Part shown: one piece after another, positions 1 through 12,606 of the stretch
Numbering within the stretch: the first letter of the stretch is position 1
Layout of the letters: each line of letters opens with the position of its first letter
From: Paramecium tetraurelia
Lineage: Eukaryota
DNA length: 64,000 nt
Direction of reading: 5' to 3'
Assembly (NCBI GenBank): GCA_000165425.1
Contig: CT868011.1
Span: forward strand, 186,001 to 250,000
The notes under the pieces: generated by a model
What the model was told of the DNA's origin: nothing
Databases searched by the model: none
The model's input: the letters and a program-made list of their open reading frames with translations, nothing else
Made by a program: the position numbers and the translations under genes

Positions 1-609
1 TTTATCAAACAAATAACGAAAATTAAAATGAGTATAAAAATAAAGATTCGAACAGTTTAAGAATTAAGACAGAATAATAAATAATATAGAAATCCATTAT
101 TAATCATAGAAAAATAACAGTACCCAACAAAAATTGATATTAATACTAAGATTCTCATGAGAATAAAAATAAATCAAAATCTTTTAAGCAAAAATGAATT
201 AGATCATAAAAATATAAAAAATAAATATTTAATAGTGTTTATATGTCGCTCATATGTTTACTTGATGAAGTAGACCCTAATTTATAATACGATAATTAGA
301 AGGTAATGTAAGCAGGAGTGATGTCTAAGTCTATCTATTGATTGTGCTAATTCCTTATAATCATCATAAATTTGAACCTTAAAATTATCTTTTTTGTGTT
401 TGATGCAACATTATAAAACTTTTATTATTAAAAAGATTTTCATTAATGCTTTGACATTTGAACAATTTTTATATTAGATTTAATAATGTCTTAGAAATGA
501 GAAGATTTTAATTTGTAACAATTACGAAACAATTAATAATGATACATAGGAATGAAGTTAAAATAATCTGATGATATTCAATTTATATATTTATATTTGC
601 ATATAAAAA

Positions 610-3600
610 ATGGATAGACATGGAATAGACATGATTTATAAGACTGATTCTTCAAGATTGATGACAATGAGAAATAACACTGAAACCTTAAGCAATATAT
701 TATGGTTAATATTAGTCATCAACAATGCGGGATTTGAGAGTCGGCCAGGATTAGGGTTATAATTAATTGAATAGCAAATCCCAGAGAGTTGTGCTGATGA
801 AGACAATGAGTTGTATGCTTCAGAAAATTCATCGGTTTCAAATCAAAGTGGACATCCAAGTAGAAGGGAATCAAAACTCGAGTCCATTAGTAAAGTGATG
901 AAGGAAACCCAAAAGATTTAATCGGATGATCTTCATTAACCCATTGGAGGCTGGGATAACAAAATATGGTAAAAAGGAGCATTAAGAATTATGACTTACG
1001 TTATTAGATTTGTGATGGCATTATTAATCAACTCTGAGAAGTTCAAATTTACCTTCATGAAAAAAAGGTAATTCTATGCCATAAATGATTAATCAGCCGT
1101 ATTTGATTATTATGAAGAGCGATTTTTAATACGAGGCAAAAAGAAGCTCAGCTATTCAGTATTTATATAAAATTTATAAAGTAAATGCTTAAATTAAGGA
1201 TTCAAAATAATTGCTTATATTAGTCTTGCCATATATTTTTGTAATATTTTGTTTACAAGATCATCTTTATTATAGTACCAACTAGCACACCTAAGCTAAT
1301 ATGGGATGTGTTCCTATTGATAATTTTATCAATTCAAATGGTCTTTGTGCCATTAAAGATTTGTTTTTAAATGGACGTTTCATAAGAGTTGTTGCAGTTT
1401 TTTTTATTCACACTGCCACTCTATGTCTACTTGATAGAAATCTTATTGAATTTTTTGACAGGATTTTATGAACATGGAGTATTGGTAATAGATTAGAAAC
1501 AAATTGCTTTGCATTATTTAAAGTCTACATTTTGCTATGATTTATTGAGTGTGATGCCTTAGTTTATAAGTGTTATAAGCAATGAATCTCAAATTTTTGA
1601 GATCCTATTATTAATACGCTTGAAAAGATTGATATTGTTGGCAGACACTCTAGAAGAGACTTTAAATTTAAGATAAAATTATTAAACATTTATAGATGTG
1701 GTTCGTTTGTTGATACAGTTTCTGTTTTTGTCTCACCTATTTGGTTGTGTTTGGCATTACATAGGAGTCTTAGAAGAAGAATTTGGGTATTATTGTTTTA
1801 GATATATTGATTTAAGATATGATCAGAATTGGATCAAGTAGAAAAACATAGACGGAGAGTCCTGGTTCGTGAGATATGTTTTCTCGATATACTGGAGTTC
1901 GATTACCACATTAACCATTGGATATGGAGATGTCATACCAGTTAGTTCTGTTGAAAGAATGTTTGTCGTAATAGTGGCTGTAGTAAGCAGTGTGGTGTTT
2001 GCATATACGATTTCTAGTATTGGAAATATTTTTAGTTAATTAAATGAAAATAAGAAGAATTAAAGGCATAAAATGTTTCTAATAAAGAAATTTATAGATG
2101 AAAGAAATGTAAATAAAGTATTGGCTAACAAGGTCAAAAAGTTTTTTGAATATTTTATTTAGATTGATCACACTTCAGATAATGAATGTGTTAAATTGAT
2201 TGAGAAATTGGATCCTACTTTGAAAACAGAATTGAAGATAGACATCTATAGAAAATTTATATAAAATTCTAAATTAATATCAACTACTTTCTCTGATTTA
2301 ATGTTGAAGGAAATTTGTTAATTGGTCAAAGAAAAATAATATATGCCAGATGAATTTATCGTAATTTCAGACTAAGAAATTAATGAGTTGTATTTTGTGT
2401 TGGAAGGAGAAATTTCCCTCATTGTGGAATTAAATAAATGTATTATTTGCATTATTCATTATTTTAAGAAAAGAACAAATTCTCATAATTGTCTCTAATA
2501 AAAAAAAATGAGGTTTTGGGAGAAAAGTATTTTCTTACTAATGCTAAATTACCATTTTCAGCCAAAGCCCAGAGTTTTGTTAGAGTTGCTGTCTTGGATA
2601 AATAATAGTTTCACCTCTTACTTCAAAAATATCCAGAAGAATTCGAAAAATACAAATAGGCACTCAACAAAGTGTAATTGCAAGAAAGAATTAAATTGTC
2701 AGGTTGCGAACTCTGCTATCAAAACCATAAAGTCTTAGAGTGTCCTTTTGTCTTTTATTAACCAAACATTCGGTTTGTAGTTAAACGATAGTACGCTTAG
2801 GAATAAGCAAGGCAATTGCATGAACGTAGATAAGCTAAATCTCATGTAATAAATAAATTGTTTATTTAGGTAGAATTCTAAAAGTGATCGATTAGGCATA
2901 TAATATCGTTTAGTGACATATGCTTTAGAGAATAATTTAATTTAAGAAGAATCTATCAATGATTCCATAATTAAGAAAATGGACTTGTAATGCTTAGAAC
3001 ATCAAAAATACTTATTCAGAACATGTACTGATTCTTCTATTAATACTCTTATCAAAAATAACCTTAACCCTACCTTTTAGAGTGGAGGCAAGGAAAGTCC
3101 ACATGAAAGTCAAGATCAAATAATGAGATAAAATTCAAATAACACTCATAATCCTAGACCCAGCTTCACAGGAATAGGAAGTACAAAATAAATGTCTACT
3201 TTGAAATTTATTAAGATGGGTAGCAAAAAGCTAGATAAGTAAGAATCTTGTTAAAAAATTGAATTGAAAGTGCCTGACAAGGTAGTCTTGTAAGATATTT
3301 GTGAACATTCTTCAGATTCCGATTAGCAATCACCTGATAAGACAAAGTTAACCAAATAAAATAGTTTCACTTTTTGTGCTTCATCTGACTTTAAGACTCA
3401 ATTAAAGATAGAGTATTATTAAAAACTAATCATTAATGAATTGGATGGATTGGATAAATATTAAGAATATTAGTTTTATTATCCTTAATACAATGTTGAA
3501 AGAGTGATTGAGACGATTAATGAGAAGTATAAGTTAAAAAGACTCAAGCAATCTAAATCACTGATCAAAAGACAAAGTAGATATCTATCATCTTATCCAA

Positions 3601-3662
3601 CGATATCAATAAGAAGGAAAAGAAGTGGAATTGTTGGGGAAGAAATAATACATGAGAATTGA
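610..3662 (+). CDS. Cyclic-nucleotide-binding-domain K+ channel (EAG/HCN-like, ciliate expanded family)
   Basis: Table-6 translation from ATG 610. Multiple TM segments, pore helix/filter 'YWSSITTLTIGYGDVIP' near 1888-1940, C-linker and CNBD 'YMPDEFI...ELYFVLEGEI...VLGEK'. TGA at 3660-3662; several ~25-nt introns. Confidence 0.92.
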
Positions 3663-3685
3663 TAATAAATATATTAATACTTATC

Positions 3686-5778
3686 TCACTCATTCAGCTT
3701 ATCAAAATTAATATTATCAAAGGCATTTATACTTTATTTGGTTAATAAATATGTCAAAGTTTCGTCAAATCTTACTAAGTCTATAATGATTTAATAATAT
3801 ATTGGTACCAAAATATTACATAAACTATTTGAATTGTTCAACATCTTAAAATGCTAACAATCTTGCTAAATATTCTAATTCTATATTTGATATATATCTA
3901 AGAATAAATGAATTATTTATACGTTTTTACTATTTATTTCAATGCTTTGACTCTGATTCTAACTAAAAAGTGATTTATTATACTTCCCATGGTTTCACTA
4001 GCTTCCTTATAATCCTTGAATAGTTTAACATAATTTCCACATTTATAAGATTCTCTTATCCTAAAGGTCATGAATAATTTACATACCCAAGAGCAAATTT
4101 GATTCTCTGATCATCAGAATTCTAATGTAATATCTTGACTAATTAATCCTATTTATTTAACATTGTCAGATAAACAATCCGATAACTATCGAATTCAACT
4201 TTATTTCCTATAAAATTGGCATCCTTCCCTTCACTTATGCTTATCATGTCATACAAATCACACAACATAGTCCAACAACTTTCATATCTTGGGAAATCTC
4301 CGCATTCTAAACAAATTCTAGCATTTTCTTCATACACTTAGACTGTAAATCTATTCTCTATATGTTGAACCAACAAATCCTATCTGATTGATCTGAACTG
4401 TTCGATTGTGAAATTATAATCTGCCTAATAGTTTTTCCACTTCTCTAGAATATGATTTAACGCTTTTTTTAAAATGTGTTCTGGTCTAATTGTATTAGGA
4501 TCTGGCAAACCAGTAAGTCTATAATATGGTTTTTCTAAGTCTTCGCAAGTCCCCTTAAAAATAAATTTAATTCCAAAATACTGTAATTTTCATATTAGTT
4601 GAAATAAATTGGTCTTCTTCCTCTATTTTTTTTTTAATCTATTTTTATTGTTATTTAATCTGAATTGTAGCATTGGGCTGTAATTTTCCAATTTATAACA
4701 TAGCCAAATCTATGTTATAGTCAATTTTCTTATTTTTCATATGATTTTGATTTATAGCATCGACTTATTACTATTTCAGTTAATCGTTTAAAGACATCAA
4801 ATTTTGAATACTAGTAGATGCTGTAATTTCTATTATTAAGAACCATTACTTTACGCTGGTCCAACAGGCTGGGCTTAACTTGGAGCCCCAAATTTACTTG
4901 TTTAGCCTAATGAATTCAATGCCACAGCTGTGCTTTGTTTTAATTGGAGAGATTAAGAGAATAAGGACTGAGTTCGTATTTGATTCTCTCTGGAAAGTGT
5001 TGGCAATGGAAATTTAGACCAATCCCTTATGCTGTATTCGTTTTTACGTTTGGCTTCAGCAATTGTAGCCTTCAAGTATTGTTCCATGAGATTTCGCTCA
5101 TCATCAGATTGGCATTTATTAAATGCCCTTTCCACATACTATTTCACAGTAACAGAGGATTGTTCATTAAATACTTCTCTGGAATTACAAAATCTCGCAC
5201 CTAAGTGATCAATTAACTTATGTCATACTAATTAAATTAGGCATTTCAACATTTAACTTCCGGTACAGGTATGAGTAAATCTTTATTTCATTCTCCCATC
5301 TTGAAGGTTGATCCAACTAGGAAACATCTACAGGTGGTAAAAACTGATTCTACTCTTTCTCGATTCTAGAGGTCATGTCATCCTTTTGTTATTAATCTTA
5401 AATCTATTAAATATTTGATTGCTGCTGTGACTAGAGTTGATTCACTTGTTAAAGTGGTTAGGATACTTTTTATTGGGAATTCAAAGCTGGATTAGATTGT
5501 TAGATATACTATTACTAGGGTCTTTAAGTGTTAATTTGATTACCCAACAGATTGTTTTGTTCTAACTTAAATAATCAAATACTTTGGGTCTGCAACATTT
5601 GATAATTATAGAGATAATATTGATTATATTAATATTGATTGGGCATCATTTGCTAGTACCCATATGGCATATATTGGTTATATCCATAATAGTTTTAATA
5701 CGCAGATTACTGAGGATTATAAGAGATCTACTCTGCTCTCATAGCATCTTCTATTGTCTATCTTTTATTGTTATTCAT
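3686..5778 (-). CDS. SAC3/GANP/THP3 (LENG8-like) PCI-domain protein
   Basis: 'LEKPYYRLTGLPDPNTIRPEHILKKAL...[35 protein letters not shown]' matches the THP3/LENG8 core. Q/Y/P-rich low-complexity N-terminus; also 'MERAFNKCQSDDER...DWSKFPLP'. Confidence 0.88.
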
Positions 5779-5923
5779 TTTTAATTAAAATAATAACGAG
5801 TTTTATGTAATACAATTTTCAATAGTATATTGCTGATTTCATAGCAAATAAAGTATTCAACTGAATTCAAAATAAGATTTTTTATATATATAATCGAATA
5901 CCATCTAACAACAATTAAAAAGA

Positions 5924-6451
5924 TCATTGTTTCCTGAGTTATTGACTTATCACATAGTACATAGACCCAATGAAGCCAAAGAAAATGAACAGAAGACAAA
6001 ATTCGTAAATGTTTTGGTAGACATCCTTGGTGAGATTAACGGGTTTCCTTATGGAATTACGTTTTTAACTATTCACTCTGGCCAATTCTACCATTTATTC
6101 CAATTATTAAGAAGTTCTTCTTCCTTCTAATTAAGAATTATGAACTCTCTCTGTATAGTTTTTAATTTAGACCTCCTACACAGCATATTTAAGGCTCTTT
6201 TTAGATATATTGGGGGATCTAAACTTAAAAAACATAGATTACGATTCACAATGGTGATTTAGACGGATTTCATTCCATTAATTTGGCTGGTAATCAAAGT
6301 CTGTAGTCTAACAGAATCTCCACTTAATGTTAGTGTAGATCTTGAGTATGTTTAGTGGAGATTTTAGTGCTTATTTCTCTAAAATAAGGGTCAATCTAAG
6401 AAGTTTGAATTTGGCTGAAATTTCATCAGTAGAATCCTTTGATTTTTACAT
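5924..6451 (-). CDS. Hypothetical 175-aa protein with C-terminal TM (tail-anchored)
   Basis: Intronless table-6 ORF (ATG 6451 to TGA 5926-5924) ending 'IYEFCLLFIFFGFIGSMYYVISQQLRKQ*'. Confidence 0.65.
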
Positions 6452-6657
6452 CAAATAAATATAAATTATATATATATAATTAATATGTGAAATTTACAAT
6501 ATGAATAATAAGGAATATTAATAGGGGGGAATATTAATCATAATTTATAATTCTTAATTTTATTTTTTAAAATGTTTGATCAATAAATATATGGATTAAT
6601 TTAGATTTGATATTAATATTTCAAATTTATTTATACTATTTTATTTATACTTAAATA

Positions 6658-7689
6658 TCATAAATCTGTTAATCTTGATAGCTTCTAGACCCTATTTAGT
6701 AAGTAGTCTCCCTATTTAATTAAATTATTGTAGAGTTAGTTTCTATCATCAGCCCTTGAAGATTCGATGATTCCAGCAACTTTGTCGATTTTACAGTTGA
6801 TTCTTCTTGATGAGATTAATTCACTCAATTCTCTAATGAATATACTAATTTTTTACCTATCTATGAATTATATACTGACTCCAAATGCTTTAGCCATATT
6901 GTTCAATGTCACAGTTTTATAGCTTTCCAAAAATTAAGAATAGAAAACTACTCTATATTCTCTAATCAAGTATTTCCTGTGAATACTCAAGTATTGATCA
7001 TGAGAGAGGTTTTCATTAACAATTGCTAGAATATGAATAAGAATGCATACCAAACTTCTAGAAGAGAGTCTTATAATCACATTATAAAAATGATTCCAAG
7101 AAGCTTTTCAAAACTTGATTCTCTCTTAATACTCCCACAACCTCTGGGTTTTAATGCACCTTCTTTTTTAAGGATTACCTGTCCAAACATATGATGCTGG
7201 TCAAAACTGTGTAACTAACTATTTCATTGTAGGATATGATTTCAGATGAATTGAATGTGGCAACAGAGTCTAAGAATAATTTGCATGCTTTTGTGATATC
7301 TCTGATCATCAAACAATAAATTCCTTCGTAAACTTTGAGTCTATTCTTTCTTTCCCAATCACCTCCTTAATCCAATAATATTTATTATTAATTCAAATGA
7401 TCCTTGAATTTTTCGAGGTTTCTTTATTTTAAATATATTTGTAAAATTAAGAAATGGACATCCATTTTTTTACCAACACCAACCGATTTTGGTAGTGTTT
7501 CAATGTAAGTTTTGATTGCCTCAAATATAAACACAATTGTACATCTTCATATTTACTATATTTCTATTGCAATGATGCTTTTTCGAGCATTGCATCTCTG
7601 ACCTCAACATCTCCCAAATTCTCTAGAGAATCTTTTATTTTATTCTCGGCTGCCTCCAACTACTCTTCAAAAGTTTTCTCTTATTCCAT
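6658..7689 (-). CDS. RPN7: 26S proteasome lid subunit RPN7/PSMD6
   Basis: 'ENLGDVEVRDAMLEK', 'GGDWERKNRLKVYEG', 'FLDSVATFNSSE', 'IDKVAGIIESSR', 'IKQGDYLLNRVQKLSR'. Confidence 0.95.
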
Positions 7690-7918
7690 TTATTTTAAAT
7701 TTAATTAATACTAATCTCAATAAATGGTTTAATATCTTCAATTATATTTTGTATTAGAAAATACAAAGAAAAGCCTCAAGCATATATAGATAATTATTAA
7801 TCACACACTTCTTTAAAATAATAAAATCTTATTATAAGTATTATTCAATAAGTTAAATAGTATTTTTGACATTGTTTATATGCTAAATAAATATAATTAT
7901 TTGATATAAATACAAATA

Positions 7919-8311
7919 ATGAATAAAATAAATTTATAAAAGAAACAAAAATAAAAATAAAAGTTTATTCCTTTGGGATTTGTTATCAAATATGATCCTC
8001 CAGTTATTGGTATATATAAGTATTAATTAAAATAAGGATTATTATACAAGAGAAGTGTGCAAGAAACTAAAAAAAAAGTTTATAACATCCATTTATAAAA
8101 TCTCATTAGATTAGATGATGAGGTTGAAATAACTAAATAATTGTTTGAAGAACATCCTGAATTTTTGGATCCTGATATCATTGAGCCTGAATAAGTTCTA
8201 GGCTTAGTGTAACGATTGATCGAATATAGACAGATAATGGAATAAGACGATGATAATGAATATTAAGACGAGGAGACTGATAGTCACATAATTGATGAAA
8301 TGTTTGATTGA
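7919..8311 (+). CDS. CEP19-like basal-body protein (short)
   Basis: 'KFIPLGFVIKYDPPVIGLLYK...KKKVYNIHL...QLFEEHPEFL...EQVLGLVQRL' resembles the CEP19 N-terminal 'GIRFQPPAIILIY' domain; one short intron near 8010-8036. Confidence 0.6.
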
Positions 8312-8338
8312 TAATTTAATCTTTATCTATTATTTTGA

Positions 8339-10484
8339 TCAATATTCAATTTTGATCTGCACTAATACATAACAATTAGCTAATGGTTTAAAGTGAGAAT
8401 TTAATAATGGGACAATTCTGTAACCTGTTCTTAAATTAAGAGGTGACAAACAATATTGGCCCAACAATGAATCACCCAATATGGAATAACTATATGCTTA
8501 AAAATAGATGACATCCTATTAAGCATGTCTGAGTTATATAGAACATTAATAATTAAAAATTGGATGGAATCCATTATCCTAAACAACCTCTGTTCTCCAC
8601 TTCTCAGATTTGTTGACATCATCGTGGTTACCAGCAACTCTTATTTTAATGTAGGGATCAACAATCTCTTCTTGTCTACGCTTCTCTTCCTCCCAAACGA
8701 GATTAGTTGCACTGATGATTCTTACATAGATATTCATTTTCACATCCTAATTGGATTTCAAAACATAAGAACTGTTAAGAAACATTCCGTAATTCTACAA
8801 CATAAATAAATCTTTTGTTTGAATATTCAAAGCAACCATTTAAGCCCCAGCTGACCAAGATGGGAATGGATCATAATTGCTTGAATCAAATCTCAATCCT
8901 AAGGGATAAATCCTAACAAAGTAATTTTCAACGTATTCAAAAAATTTGCCATGACTCTTTTTTATTATATCCTATATTTTATCTTCTGAAACACTAGATA
9001 CAATCCAAACTAATTCTGGCTTTTTATCTAACTTTAATGTTACTGCATATAATGAAGTAATTTCCAATAATTCTCTACATATTTTAGTATGATGTTCATC
9101 CAGAGTTTGACTGAATTGCTTGATATTTGCTTAATGTTTATGATCATCAAACTCTTAAGATTTATATTACATATCATCATGTGATTATGCAAAGAATAAT
9201 GTGGATGAATGTAATTATAGTTTCTCTTATAAAAATTGATCGTCTGCCTTATATTTAACTAAAACCTTCCTTTATAATTATTGTAAAGTAGACATCTTCT
9301 CTTATTTATAATCTTTAATGACAAACAACATATCTCCAAGAATGCTTTATAAAATTTCTGCTATTCTCTTTTATTATTTTAAACAACAATGCATTTCAAG
9401 AGATAAAATGGCAGGATTATCATCTTTATAGAAAGCGAAGTCTCTAACCGTAATAATGACATCTTTGAATTTGATATCATTAACCAAGGTATGTCCATGA
9501 GTAACCTTTGGTTCTCCATTCTCACCATCCCAGCAATCCAATTCAACACATTTAAACCCCATCTTGAAGGCGTCTTAATATGCAAAACAACTTGATTCCC
9601 CAGTCAATTAATTTCTCTCCAAATAGGTATTATGCGATGAATTTATTAAGTATTTAGTAATTGGCTAGGATTAATCTAACGGTTTTGGTTGAAATATTGA
9701 GTTCTCATCATTAAATATGATATTCTAAAAATCATAAAAATTGTATAATTTTCTTTTGGGTTGATAATCAGCTTAGCCTTGTTCAATTTTGTAAAACTAT
9801 TACAAGTCCTTATCTGTCATCAACATTGCTTAGAGTGGATCTTCAAACATTCCTTCCTGTTTGCTGCTATATTTCTAATATAATTCTTTTAATTCATGTC
9901 TGCGTGTTATATCCATCAATAATTTATATAAGGTTGCTTCATCTAATTGATTATTCTTTTGATTTTTCTCAAAGACCTGTATTAGTTTTCTCTCTGGAAT
10001 CTCAATTTGCAATTCACCTATCAAGAACTGAAACTCCTTAAAATTGAGTTTATTATCCATATCTATATCGGATTGTGTGATCAACTTGAGAGCACTGCTC
10101 CAAATTTAATTATAACTATCAAGTTGTTTTTGGATTCTGTTTGCTTCCTTAATCAGATAATCTAATCCCTCCCTGAAAGTGATCAATTAAAACGCACTTT
10201 GAAAATACAACTTTATATAAGCTCCTTTTGAGTTGATAATCTTTAATTGAGATTCCTCCTTTTATTAAATGTCAGAGATCTAAGTGAGATCAAAATAAGT
10301 GCTGAACGTGCCCTAGGGATCAAGCTAAGATACAGATATCATTGATGATTACCATTTAGATCAAGCGAACCTCATTTGGACTTAACAATAAAATCATTTA
10401 AGTACGTTTCATCTTGTGCAATTTCACCTATAAAAGCTATCCATACACTAGCGAATTAACACCGCAATGATTGATTTTATTCAT
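8339..10484 (-). CDS. PLC: Phosphoinositide-specific phospholipase C (PH-like, EF, X, Y, C2)
   Basis: X-box 'SSHNTYL...CVELDCWDG...HGHTL...PAILSLEMHC'; Y-box 'FVRIYPLGLRFDSSNYDP...SAGAQMVALNIQ'; C2 end 'LRTGYRIVPL'; EF-hand 'DIDMDNKLNFKEF'. Confidence 0.96.
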
Positions 10485-10505
10485 AAATTTTAGTTATATT
10501 TTATT

Positions 10506-11533
10506 ATGAAAAGTCCTATTACCAAAATCTCAGCTATTGGAACTGGTGCTACTGGCTTTGCCCTATTTTCGCTCTTAAGTTAGTGGTATCAATTAAAAAA
10601 GAAACATAATCAATACTAGCTAATCAATGAATTTACACCCACCTCCATATTGAATTACTTTAATTAATCCCAAAAAACAACAATCGAAGCATTTATTGCC
10701 GGCGAGTTAGTTTCAGAAAGTCCCATCATTTCAAAAGTCCCACTTATAATGAGGGAAAAGAAAATCTATTATATATATGAGAATGGCGTGTATGTAATTG
10801 ACTTTTATATTTTAATAGAAAAAAAATAATTCAAACCTTCCTACATGGTGCCTCTCAATTAAGTATTGCAGACTATTATAATAAAATCGAAATATGGAGG
10901 AACTCAACCCTTAACTACTAATTATCTATGAGTCATATATGGGATAAAGTTATTCCTCAATAATTAAGTTTCCTTCAAAGACTAACGAATTTCATTTTAA
11001 AAATCATAAATTAACTCAAAATAAGAAAATTATTTTTCAATGGCTTTCCCACTGGATTGCTTGAAAGGGAATATGGCATCATCGCAAATGAATTTTATGT
11101 CATATATGGAGAAATTATACTTGATAAAAAGTTGAACAAGATGTTCCTTTAAAATCCAAAATATATTCTCAAAAGTAAGAAACAATTGTTATTTTTAATA
11201 CAAAAGTAGATTAAATATAAAAGTTCAATGATAGTAATTGTTTTTATTCTATTTGCGATTTGGTCGTGTATTTTTGGATGCAATATAAAGAATTTCATTA
11301 TACATCTTTTGAAAGAGAGACAAAAGGCAAAATTGGATAAGTTAAGAGGGTAGAAATACTTAGAAATTAACAATTATGAATGCCAGGTTTGTTTTGAAAG
11401 ACCTAGAAATATTATCTTTAAGCCTTGCAAACACCTTAGCATTTGCCATGAATGCTCATAAAGACTCAAAAAACCATAATGTCCGATATGTAAATAATAG
11501 ATAGAGGATAAAATTGAAATCTTTTTTACTTGA
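10506..11533 (+). CDS. MUL1/MAPL/SP1-like membrane RING E3 ligase (TM, GIDE-like, TM, RING)
   Basis: N-terminal TM 'ISAIGTGATGFALFSLL', 'AFIAGELVSESPI', second TM 'IVIVFILFAIWSCIFG', C-terminal C3HC4 RING 'CQVC...PCKHLSICHEC...CPIC'. Confidence 0.75.
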
Positions 11534-11566
11534 AAATGATAATATATAATTATGATTATGATTATG

Positions 11567-12606
11567 TCAACATTCATCTACATCAGAATAAAAAGATTCA
11601 TCAGCTTATGCGAGATTTTCTAAAATCTCAATTATTCTAGTTTGCTTTAATTTCTCGCATTCCTACTCATTTTTAGCTAATAAAGATCCTGTGAATCCTA
11701 CTGCATTCATTGCTACTCCATTAAATGCTGCTTGCTTTCTAACTACAATCATCATAAACTCTTAAGTCATTATTAAATTGTGTTTTAACTCCCTAATATC
11801 CTCTACTTGACATTTATTTAATAGCTTTTCGTAAGTCTCATTAAGTAGATTCTATTACTGGCGCTCATCGCAATTTGGACTTTACAATAAATCTTAGTTG
11901 AAGAAACAAATGAAATGCTTGGTTTTTTTTAAACACCTGAGCTTTGTGAATTTGTTAGGCTATCTCACACTCTTCTCGAACCACCATTCCTTAATGTGAT
12001 TCAAAATATTTGCACTTTAGTATGCTGATTTAGGTACAATTTAAAAATGCTTATGATCTAAAGAAGCTCCAGCCTCTGGATGGGAATTAAAAAATGCAAA
12101 TCCCTCGACTGCATTTAGCAAATCATAAGCCAAACTTAAGTATTCCTTGCTGAATTTTTCAGTTTGATGAATAAATTATGATGGCACTAATAATGCATGA
12201 TAAGGATTAACAGGGTATTTATTCAATAAAATATTGTAGTTTTGTAATCGCATTACTAACTGTCCTGGTTGGAAAGGCTCTATTAATGGATTAATCTAAT
12301 TTTATAAAATATCACTCACATTTTATTAATGGCCAACTGGCTTCTTGGCTAGAGATTTTACTAATTTTATGTGAAACTCTATTCCTTGTTCATTTTTTGA
12401 AAAAGTTTGTAAAATATCAAAAGGTTCTACAAATCCTTGATTCTAACTTGCATCGTAACATTGTATAATCTATTTTTTCATACTCTCACGAAGTTCTGCT
12501 TTTGTAAGCTAATGATATCAAATACTCACTCTACCCCTCTAAATATTCTGTAAACTCCATAACTAAATCCTATAGCAACCACTCCAATTAACCCTTTCTA
12601 TAACAT
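11567..12606 (-). CDS. ATP adenylyltransferase / Ap4A phosphorylase (Apa1/Apa2 family)
   Basis: 'NPLIEPFQPGQL...LLNKYPVNPYHAL', 'GFAFFNSHPEAGASLDHKHFQIVP' (HxHxQ motif), 'VAMNAVGFTGSLLAKN'. 26-nt intron after the N-terminal hydrophobic segment. Confidence 0.88.

Noticed and set aside
243..340. Short + strand ORF 'MSLICLLDEVDPNL...'
   Set aside because: Only about 32 codons to TGA with no recognisable motif; cannot be supported as a gene.
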